The notes under the pieces were generated by a model. It saw only the letters and a list, made by a program, of their open reading frames with translations, had not been told where the DNA came from and did not search any database. Source: Paramicrosporidium saccamoebae KSL3 (Eukaryota > Fungi > Cryptomycota). Taken from it: a DNA stretch of 24,549 nt. A program made the translations under genes and the position numbers. The stretch lies in assembly GCA_002794465.1 (NCBI GenBank), contig MTSL01000121.1, positions 1 to 24,549 of the forward strand, in the 5' to 3' direction. Below are positions 17,529 to 24,549 of this stretch, piece by piece. Each line of letters starts with the position of its first letter. The first letter of the stretch is position 1.

Positions 17529-18127
17529 TTATAGGAATGCCAAGACGCTTTGAGCAGTGCTATTCTCCAATTCGCCTATATCAACTCCGACATATTTTAC
17601 CACGCCATCCTTCACCACCAACGCAAATCGTTTGCTGCGGAGACCCATTCCCGCGGCACTAAGATCTTGCTGCATGCCCAAAAGTTTGGCAAAGTCCCCG
17701 TTACCATCAGCGAGCATTAGCAATGATCCAGCCGACAGTGCGACAGCCCAGTTGGCGAGGACAAACGCATCATTAACAGAGACGACAGCCACAGTGTCGA
17801 TGCCCTTGTCCTTTAGCTTTTGGAACGATTCTACAAAACCGGGAACATGAGGACCTGAGCACTTGGCGGGTTAGAACATTGACGAGACGTACCACAGGAG
17901 AAAAAGCACCAGGAACACCAACCAAGACCACTGTCTTTCCTGAAAATACTAGCCATGAGACAATGTCCGTTCCGGGTACTAGAGTCAGTCGTAATGTTTG
18001 TTGGAAGCGGACATGCCCCGTTCCCTTCAATTTTTGCAGTCTTGAACGTAAATTGCGGTAGCTTGTCACCAACTTCGATCATCTACCAAATTGCACAACA
18101 CTAATTGCATCATACTATGTTGGACAT
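17529..18127 (-). CDS. AHP1: Peroxiredoxin, AHP1/PRX5 type, about 167 aa, 4 exons
   Basis: Exons 18116-18127, 17980-18082, 17893-17948 and 17529-17861 (introns 33, 31 and 31 nt). Spliced active site GVPGAFSPVCSGPHVPGF, plus SVNDAFV, LADGNGDF and RSKRFALVV. An N-terminal Cys (GACPLP) resembles the Ahp1 resolving Cys. The first mini-exon is less certain; Met at 18082 is the alternative start. Confidence 0.9.
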
Positions 18128-18157
18128 TGTCCCTGGTTGACTAATTTCTCCATCCAA

Positions 18158-18216
18158 CCAATGCAGTGATTGGAAAAAGTTCCAATGGAACGTGGGAGAA
18201 GATGTAGCTGTGACGT
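18158..18216. promoter_or_regulatory. CCAAT cluster and TGACGT (CRE-like) site in the divergent AHP1/kinase spacer
   Basis: CCAAT at 18158, ATTGG at 18169, CCAAT at 18182 and TGACGT near 18211. Confidence 0.35.
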
Positions 18217-18530
18217 AGAGGCAGAGGATTGATTAGTTGGGTATTTGCGTGCTAGAGTGGATCGTTTTGCTGGGTAGTTGAGGACAGTGAGATGTGATGT
18301 GTATCTATACCATTATAGGATTAGCAATAAACAGCCCCCCTTCCCGTCTGTGGTATTATCCCCACTACGCGACATAATTAACACAAATCCCAATGTAAAT
18401 TCTGAAAAGGACACAATATAGTTAGCACGTCTCAGCTGGTATGGGTAAACTTGTAAAAGAGATCGAGTTCTTAATAAGGAAATATGGATTATACTAAGGC
18501 TGGAATTTCGAATTAGCGCATTTTGGCAAG

Positions 18531-19472
18531 ATGAAAATGCCGCTAATGATTTTTGCTGTCCTGCTGTGCTTGGGCGCCATATGCAACGCCGCAAAGCATA
18601 TAGCATACGGTCATAAGATTCCTATTTTGACCAAGGGGCTGCTAGATAAACGCCACCGGTATCGTCCCCGTTTTATAATGTACATGGGCAAAATTTGCAC
18701 CTCTTGGGACTTTAAGAATCTTCGGGAAATCGGAGGTGACTCGACCAATTCCGTCTATCTGGCTGAGCATATTAGCGGGGAGTTGGTGGTGGTAAAGAAA
18801 TTCAGTCGAGATGCGAGACCTGAAGGGATTAGGATGGAGGAGGTGGTACTGAACATGCTACACCATCCCGGTTTACCCACAGGCATCTGCGCGTTTAACC
18901 ATGCCAAAGACGCAGTATCGGTTGTCATGAAATACTATGAAGGAGTAAACATGGCTGATTGGCTCAAGACACGAGAGGGCGTCGTTGAAGCGAACCTACA
19001 AAAAATCGTTATTCAACTGGTTGACGTGCTCCTCTTCCTCCACGATCACGCCATCATCCATAACAACATTGTACTGGAGAATATTATAATCGGAAGGGAA
19101 CTTCAGGTGCGGCTGATAGGATTTGAGTTTACGCGATACGCCCCAGATGGAATGAATTTGGAACTTGGAGATATATATAACATGGCTCCTGAAAAACTCG
19201 CTGGCTCGACGTTTCACAATGGAGTTGATTGGTATGGTCTCGGGCTTGTTATATACCAGGCTACAAACAAACATCACCCATTCCATGGCGCAAGGAGCAT
19301 GGGTGAATTGAAAAGGATTGTAAGCGCCGGGCTGCCTCCTATGCACGCCTCGACAGTTAATGACTTGATCTTTAATTTGTGCAATAGCGACCCGGCAGAA
19401 CGATGGTCTCAGTCCAATGGAGACGCTTGGCGGATTAAAGCACATAGCTACCTACAGGTACCCACAGCATAA
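18531..19472 (+). CDS. Secreted protein pseudokinase (array member 1)
   Basis: Signal-peptide-like MKMPLMIFAVLLCLGAICNA. Kinase fold with VVVKK and MEEVVL, but catalytic loop HNNIVLEN (no Asp, no Lys), GFE in place of DFG, and degenerate G-loop IGGDSTNS. MAPE and DWYGLG are retained. Confidence 0.85.
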   Translation: MKMPLMIFAVLLCLGAICNAAKHIAYGHKIPILTKGLLDKRHRYRPRFIMYMGKICTSWDFKNLREIGGDSTNSVYLAEHISGELVVVKKFSRDARPEGIRMEEVVLNMLHHPGLPTGICAFNHAKDAVSVVMKYYEGVNMADWLKTREGVVEANLQKIVIQLVDVLLFLHDHAIIHNNIVLENIIIGRELQVRLIGFEFTRYAPDGMNLELGDIYNMAPEKLAGSTFHNGVDWYGLGLVIYQATNKHHPFHGARSMGELKRIVSAGLPPMHASTVNDLIFNLCNSDPAERWSQSNGDAWRIKAHSYLQVPTA

Positions 19473-19696
19473 ATCATCCAACTGTTTCGGACCCAATACA
19501 GCTGCTTTCCATTTTGTACGTGGTGAACTACTACATGTTTAAGGAATAATAAACATCATTGGTCGATACGATCAGATGGAAAAATATCTCTATAAGAGAC
19601 ACTATGCCCACTAAAGCGACTCTCAATTAGCGTGTGCGATAAAAGATTCCTGTACGTAGGTTGGTGTGGCACCATCGGCTCGCTCTGATTGTTATT

Positions 19697-20767
19697 ATGT
19701 ATTGTAAAGCATTCATCTTGGTTGCCACAACACTTTTTGGTGCTTTGGCATCTCGCTTCCTTGAAGATAAGCATAAAGAGTCACCTTCCGTCTCAACCAA
19801 TGCAAAAAATATCGAATCTTCTATGCCGGCGGTTAAGACGCCATATGAAGATGCGTCGTTATTAGCTCTGCTGAGTATGCCAAAGTCCAAGCTTGTCACC
19901 TCCAACGGCGGCTATAGCCCGATGTTTCCCAATCATAACGGCCAAACGTGCCGCGCCGATGATTTTACATTACTACGGCTCATAGGGAGAGGAAAGACAT
20001 CTATAGTCTATCTAGCGAGCCACACTAGCGGCCAAGTGGTGGTAATCAAGAAATTTAGCAAAACGTCCCTGGGAGTACTATATAGTATTGAATATCTTCA
20101 GAGGGAAGAGGCGATTCTGCATAAATCGGACCATCCAAACATTCCAAAAGGAATTTGCACCTACATAGACGAGGACGATATAATGTTGGTGATGGAATTT
20201 AAGGCTGAAACGACGCTGTTAGACTGGCTTAGCATGAAATGGTCCTGGTTCCGTGATGTGAAGAATCTACATTTCTTTGTGCGGCAAATGGTCGACGTGC
20301 TCAAGTATCTTCATGGCTTGAACATTTTGCACAATGACATCAAACCAGCCAATATTATCATGGCAGGAGATGGCACCATACAGCTGATTGATTATGGAAT
20401 CGCCAGATATGCACCGGGAGGAATGAAGGGAAGAGTCGGCACGCCAGTCTTCATGCCACCTGAGAAACTCGAAAACTTTCACTTTACCAACGCCGCAGAC
20501 TGGTATTCACTCGGCGTGATCCTCTACCTGATAGTCGCGGGAAAGCATCCGGCGTCGATGGCAATGAACACGGAAGAATTATTAACGGCCATAAAAAGGC
20601 CGCCAGAAGAACCACTATCTCCTCCAGTGATCAATAGGTTTGTGGGTATGCTTTTACACCCCGATCCGAAACGACGGTGGTGTCCTGCCAACAATAATCT
20701 TGACAAAATGGAGTGTCATCCCTTTTGGAACTTGACCAAATCTCTGCAGCGAAAGAGTGCACTTTGA
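19697..20767 (+). CDS. Secreted Ser/Thr protein kinase (array member 2)
   Basis: The first ATG is at 19697 (the track start at 19661 is TTG), giving MYCKAFILVATTLFGALA. Motifs IGRGKTSIVY, VVIKK, REE, HNDIKPAN, DYG, GTPVFMPPE, DWYSLG and HPFW. Confidence 0.9.
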   Translation: MYCKAFILVATTLFGALASRFLEDKHKESPSVSTNAKNIESSMPAVKTPYEDASLLALLSMPKSKLVTSNGGYSPMFPNHNGQTCRADDFTLLRLIGRGKTSIVYLASHTSGQVVVIKKFSKTSLGVLYSIEYLQREEAILHKSDHPNIPKGICTYIDEDDIMLVMEFKAETTLLDWLSMKWSWFRDVKNLHFFVRQMVDVLKYLHGLNILHNDIKPANIIMAGDGTIQLIDYGIARYAPGGMKGRVGTPVFMPPEKLENFHFTNAADWYSLGVILYLIVAGKHPASMAMNTEELLTAIKRPPEEPLSPPVINRFVGMLLHPDPKRRWCPANNNLDKMECHPFWNLTKSLQRKSAL

Positions 20768-21039
20768 GTCTCGACCATCCACTAGTTCAATAAAAGTACT
20801 AGAGCGATTGCCAAGGACATATGGAATGCCCAAGACAGTTCAGCCTATCTGGTGCTGAGGACACAAAGGCCAGTCTATCTGATGAGACTCGAACTTAATG
20901 ACATGAACGGATCTGCCCGTATCAATACCCGTGATTTAATAGCTCAACTTTAGAACCTACCACCCCCCCCCCATCATAAATAGTCTGCGGTATCATCGCT
21001 ACTATGCACCAGTTTCTAATTGGTCTGGTTTTAATTAAT

Positions 21040-22035
21040 ATGCACTGTGGACAGCTCATCCTTCTTACTGCAGTATTTTCCAATGTTTCAGCATCTCACT
21101 TTATTGGGGCGCTAGATGACACTGCACCGGCGGCTTCGTCATTGTATGAAAAGGAATCTTTAGCGACTCTGCTAAGTATGCCGATTGAAAGATTTGTCGC
21201 TGCCGATGGCACTTATATTCCAATGTTTCCAAACTACCAAGGACGACCATGTGATCCTAGTGACTTTACAATAATTGAACAACTCGGAGATGGAAATACT
21301 TCCTTGGTGTTCAAGGCTATACATTCTAAAGGCGAGTACGTGGTGGGCAAGGTATTCAGGAGAGAATTTGAATGGGGTATCTCGGACTTTGAATTCCTCC
21401 GAATGGAGGAATTAATCTTGCATAAAGGAGACCACCCGAGCATTCCAAGAGGAATCTGCACTTTTAAAGAAGATCGTCGCATAGTTATTATAATGGGATT
21501 CACTACCAACATGACGATAGAACAATGGCTTGGTACAAGCAGATTCAAAAACGCGGCAAACCAGCGCTTCTTTGTGCAGCAAATGGTCGACGTACTACAA
21601 TATCTCCATGGTCTGGACATTTTGCACAATGACATCAAGCCGGGAAATGTTCTCCTGGCCGAGGACGGCACCATACAACTGATTGACTTTGGACTTGCGA
21701 GACATGCACCCGGAGGAATGAAGGCGGATATCGGCACGCCGATCTACATGCCACCCGAGAAGCTTCAACAATCTCATTTTAACAATGCTGCAGATTGGTA
21801 TTCATTTGGGCTTCTCCTCTACGAACTTTTTACCGGACATAACCCGTTCTCTGATCTAGATACCCGGGAGGAATTATTGCAAGCTGTTGCGTGCACTCAA
21901 TTCGAGATAGCCTACTGTTCGATCACTAGCGATTTTGTAAACATGCTACTACAAAAGGATTCAAATCAACGGTGGTGTCTAGCCAACCAAAACCTGGGAG
22001 AGATGAAAGGTCATCCTTTCTGGGATCTACAGTAA
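21040..22035 (+). CDS. Secreted Ser/Thr protein kinase (array member 3)
   Basis: MHCGQLILLTAVFSNVSA (alternative in-frame ATG at 21004). Motifs LGDGNTSLVF, VVGKVF, MEE, HNDIKPGN, DFG, GTPIYMPPE, DWYSFG and HPFW. Clear nucleotide-level paralogy with member 2. Confidence 0.9.
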   Translation: MHCGQLILLTAVFSNVSASHFIGALDDTAPAASSLYEKESLATLLSMPIERFVAADGTYIPMFPNYQGRPCDPSDFTIIEQLGDGNTSLVFKAIHSKGEYVVGKVFRREFEWGISDFEFLRMEELILHKGDHPSIPRGICTFKEDRRIVIIMGFTTNMTIEQWLGTSRFKNAANQRFFVQQMVDVLQYLHGLDILHNDIKPGNVLLAEDGTIQLIDFGLARHAPGGMKADIGTPIYMPPEKLQQSHFNNAADWYSFGLLLYELFTGHNPFSDLDTREELLQAVACTQFEIAYCSITSDFVNMLLQKDSNQRWCLANQNLGEMKGHPFWDLQ

Positions 22036-22274
22036 TCCTTAAAGCGGAAGGCTGGTTGAGATTACAAGGCATTGAAGGTGTAAAGTGGGGAATTAATCTG
22101 ATCACTTACTAGTGTGAGGCTATCAGAAATTGCATTAATGCTAATAAACGAGATTCACGGTGATACTCTCACTACGTGAAAGGTCTGGGAGGTGACAAAT
22201 TTAATAAAGGACTTTGATTGAAAACGCCAGATTCACGACTAACCTCATGGGTGTGAAAATTACTATGAAAATGA

Positions 22275-22320
22275 ATCCCACTAATTCCAAGCGGGCCCCG
22301 GTTGAGGGATTCCTATAAAA
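22275..22320 (+). promoter_or_regulatory. U5 snRNA promoter: TATA box and possible upstream element
   Basis: TATAAAA at 22314-22320, about 30 nt upstream of the inferred U5 5' end, and ATCCCACTAAT at 22275-22285. Confidence 0.5.
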
Positions 22321-22345
22321 GCGGGATTCTGCGGCCGGGCCTGCA

Positions 22346-22462
22346 ATCGTCCAGGGCCGCTCCTCAGAGCGTACAAATCTTTCGCCTTTTACTAAAGATT
22401 TCCGTGGCGGGTGGCACTTTTAACTGGACTGACCCAATTTTTTTGGCCGTCCACAGGATGGC
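22346..22462 (+). ncRNA. U5: U5 spliceosomal snRNA
   Basis: Invariant loop I GCCTTTTAC (22384-22392) within AAATCTTTCGCCTTTTACTAAAGATTTCCGTGG, basal stem GTCCAG/CTGGAC, Sm site AATTTTTTTGG, and 3' hairpin GCCGTCC-aca-GGATGGC. Confidence 0.95.
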
Positions 22463-22561
22463 AACAATTATAACAAAATGAACCCAATATGAGCAGAACA
22501 TAGACATAGGCAGCATTTATAGTGTGGTATGATACATTTATATTGCCTCTCCATCCAAGTA

Positions 22562-22906
22562 CTAGTCGCCGTACTTGAGCTTGCGGAATAAATTGAATGT
22601 TGTCGGGTCCAAGTCGGTGGATTCGTTTAAATGACGTACTGTCAGCTCTGGACTCGAGCCATTTGGGTGTCTTAGCGACCTTACACTGGTACTTGTAGCA
22701 CTTTCGCTTTCGTGCCCAGTGACCTGCCTCTGGAACACCATAATGCGCTCATGGCTCTCCATAAACGGGTCCCGAAACTGCAGCCAGTTCTTAAAATTGG
22801 CATCCACATCCATTGCGGCTCGCTCGAGACGACGCTGGCTCTCCGTCTGCCGCTCTGCTTGTTCGGCCTGTTGTTTCTGGAGCAGTAGGGCATCTTGGAA
22901 GCGCAT
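22562..22906 (-). CDS. Hypothetical small protein with N-terminal coiled coil
   Basis: 114-aa ATG-started ORF filling the gap between SIL1 and U5, with a Q/E/R-rich helix (LQKQQAEQAERQTESQRRLERAA). No family recognised; exon structure uncertain. Confidence 0.5.
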   Translation of the reverse strand: MRFQDALLLQKQQAEQAERQTESQRRLERAAMDVDANFKNWLQFRDPFMESHERIMVFQRQVTGHESESATSTSVRSLRHPNGSSPELTVRHLNESTDLDPTTFNLFRKLKYGD

Positions 22907-22922
22907 GCAGACTATTTAGAAT

Positions 22923-24080
22923 TTATTTTATAAACTTTTTACAAAAGGCAACGATGTGAGGGAAGCGGGGCGGGATGTGGGGCACTTCAGAGTGACAAAG
23001 GGGTTGGAAGGACATGGCCAAGGATTCGTCGAAATGGTCGTGGGCTGATGGGAGATGGCGTTCTAGGAGAACCAACGGGTCATCGTGATGTCCAAGCGGC
23101 TCCTCGCGGGCCAGCGCTGCTAGGAACACCATGGCGCGTTCAAAGATGAAATGGTCAACCCCGCGGATGAGAACCTTGTCCAACACATCAAAGCCCTGCG
23201 CATTGACAAACTGATACCGAGTGCCAGCCATATTCAGCTCGGCCATGTTTGCCAAAATGGCCACAATTCGCCTCAAAATCTGTGAATCAGTCTCCACACG
23301 CAACTTTGACACAATTGTGGCAAGGTGATTGCTCATCAAGACGCCTTCTACCGCCGATGGGTTATTGTGCACGGAAGCCGAAATGATAGTGGCCGCAATT
23401 AATCGGGTTTTTCGACTTTCGTCACCCAGAAGGATTACCAAATTGCCGAAATTGCTAGCATGTGTTAGTGCTGCGCCCACGGAAATTTGATGGGCTTCCT
23501 CGTCAAGCGCCTCAAGGGTTTGCTGCTGGATGGACGAGTCAGAGGAGAGGATTCGGTCTAGCTGCTGCTCTATAATAGTCTTTTCCGGAGGACTGTGGGC
23601 GTTGTCAGTTGGAACGGGCATGGGCAAGTGCTTCTCTTCATCTGTCTTGGGCTGGTGCTTCCGTGCCATTCTCTGGCCAGATTTAAAGTCGAGTTTTATA
23701 TCCAATCCATGGGGGAGAACAGCATCGGCAGGAATTTCTTTCCACTCGTCAGTTGCTTCGAAATTTGCACCCGTCTGCGCATTATGCGAGTCGTTATGAA
23801 GCTCGGGATGTTCGGAGTGGTCGAAATGACCATGTGCGACGTTGCGCATTTCCTCGGCGACATGGTTTATACCATGATGGTCATGCATGTGCTGACTATC
23901 TTTCTCAGCTCGCATATATTGTCCACGGTTGCTCTTACGCAGAAAAGTCACTGTCAAACCACATCCGATAAGCAGGCCCACGATAATGTAGAATAGTCGA
24001 CGTCCTCCTAAGCGAGAACTTCCTGTCCTTACTGAGACATAGCCGACGTTGTGCATCTTCTTTGTAGTCTCACGGTTCAT
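22923..24080 (-). CDS. SIL1: SIL1-like ER nucleotide exchange factor for BiP/Kar2
   Basis: SIL1 N-terminal motif FEATDEWKEIPADAVLPHGLDIKLDFKSGQRMAR and ARM-like repeats (LEALDEEAHQISVG, AATIISASVHNNP). The start is uncertain (ATG at 24110, 24080 or 24056; the track start is GTG). Confidence 0.8.
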   Translation of the reverse strand: MNRETTKKMHNVGYVSVRTGSSRLGGRRLFYIIVGLLIGCGLTVTFLRKSNRGQYMRAEKDSQHMHDHHGINHVAEEMRNVAHGHFDHSEHPELHNDSHNAQTGANFEATDEWKEIPADAVLPHGLDIKLDFKSGQRMARKHQPKTDEEKHLPMPVPTDNAHSPPEKTIIEQQLDRILSSDSSIQQQTLEALDEEAHQISVGAALTHASNFGNLVILLGDESRKTRLIAATIISASVHNNPSAVEGVLMSNHLATIVSKLRVETDSQILRRIVAILANMAELNMAGTRYQFVNAQGFDVLDKVLIRGVDHFIFERAMVFLAALAREEPLGHHDDPLVLLERHLPSAHDHFDESLAMSFQPLCHSEVPHIPPRFPHIVAFCKKFIK

Positions 24081-24225
24081 TCGGGTATTGTTAGCTTTTA
24101 CAGGGATCATCACCTGACACACACCACAAAGCTCGAGGCCCGGTTCGTTCCGTGTAGTCTTGGCATATTTTTATTGGTTACTACAGCATCGACGAATCAG
24201 AGGGCGGTAATTGTAGCGACGCTCC

Positions 24226-24549
24226 ATGCTCACTTTTTCACAGTGTCAGCTCTTGCGACAAATTTCAAGGCCTAATGGACAGAGTTTGTTTGGCAGGCGG
24301 CTGTACGGCTCTTCACATGCGGGAGCATCCTTTGCGCCTGGTTTTCTGACCCGTGAGCGGATGGAAGAATTGCGTCGTACACCAAGGCCTGTCCCAGAAC
24401 AACTGCGCACAATACTCCCTCCTCACAATGAGCTGTCACAGAACTTTAAGCCTGACCTCGCCACTGTCGAGTCGCTAGAGGAAGCCCGTACTCTGCCTTT
24501 ATTATTAACACGTAGACAATGCCATTTCTCGCTGCACAAACCAAGAGCC
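24226..24549 (+). CDS. 5' part of a protein with a mitochondrial-type presequence (runs off the window end)
   Basis: ATG at 24226 is open to 24549 (108 codons): MLTFSQCQLLRQISRPNGQSLFGRRLYGSSHAG...FLTRERMEELRRTP...PDLATVESLEEAR. The N-terminus is Arg-rich, lacks acidic residues and contains RRLY. Divergent from SIL1. Confidence 0.55.
   Translation, partial: MLTFSQCQLLRQISRPNGQSLFGRRLYGSSHAGASFAPGFLTRERMEELRRTPRPVPEQLRTILPPHNELSQNFKPDLATVESLEEARTLPLLLTRRQCHFSLHKPRA

Noticed and set aside
17850-17900. Peroxiredoxin as a selenoprotein client of the SBP2-like gene (the active-site frame breaks here)
   Set aside because: The break is a 31-nt intron (17862-17892); after splicing the peroxidatic residue is TGC (Cys). 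No in-frame TGA selenoprotein or convincing SECIS was seen in the window.
15035-18127. ELP4 and AHP1 as a URM1/Elongator functional cluster; IDO, AHP1 and kinases as a host-interaction island
   Set aside because: Only proximity supports it; neighbours in such a compact genome are mostly unrelated and orientations are mixed.
20880-20895. CTGATGAG-actc-GAAC, resembling a hammerhead ribozyme core or snoRNA C box
   Set aside because: Core GAAA is absent, stem II is essentially missing, flanking stems were not found, and there is no matching D box.
18313-21777. Minus-strand ORFs 18313-18606, 18996-19445, 19627-19905, 20267-20482, 21234-21737 and 21595-21777
   Set aside because: They lie antisense to or overlap the kinase genes; their mutual similarity simply mirrors the kinase duplication.
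1-24549. Mobile elements, tRNA or rRNA genes
   Set aside because: No transposase, RT or integrase motifs, terminal repeats, cloverleaf or rRNA signatures were recognised by eye.

Overview
A very gene-dense eukaryotic window with fungal-type proteins, 8-55 nt spacers between housekeeping genes, 15 inferred micro-introns of 23-36 nt, and retained mitochondrial presequences. This fits a Rozellomycota or short-branch microsporidian such as Paramicrosporidium (inference, not verified). Housekeeping genes: HACL1, LCL2, DNAJC9-like, YSH1/CPSF73, a PCI/SAC3-like protein, APC10, a Ska3-like protein, UMP-CMP kinase, ELP4, indoleamine 2,3-dioxygenase, AHP1/PRX5, SIL1 and a U5 snRNA gene. The ORF track missed or fragmented several genes: a secreted cationic protein at 1-574, LCL2, the spliced genes, U5 and a mitochondrial ORF at the right edge. 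Most notable: (1) a tandem array of three intronless, signal-peptide-bearing protein kinases (two apparently active non-RD kinases and one pseudokinase), resembling a secreted effector family; (2) a SECIS-binding protein 2 (SBP2) RNA-binding domain fused to ankyrin repeats, hinting at selenocysteine machinery or its repurposing; (3) two orphan secreted proteins, one extremely Arg/Lys-rich with tandem repeats and one a 1383-aa helical-repeat protein; (4) a Ska3-like kinetochore protein in a fungal-type genome. All homology calls are from motif recognition by eye; no searches were run.
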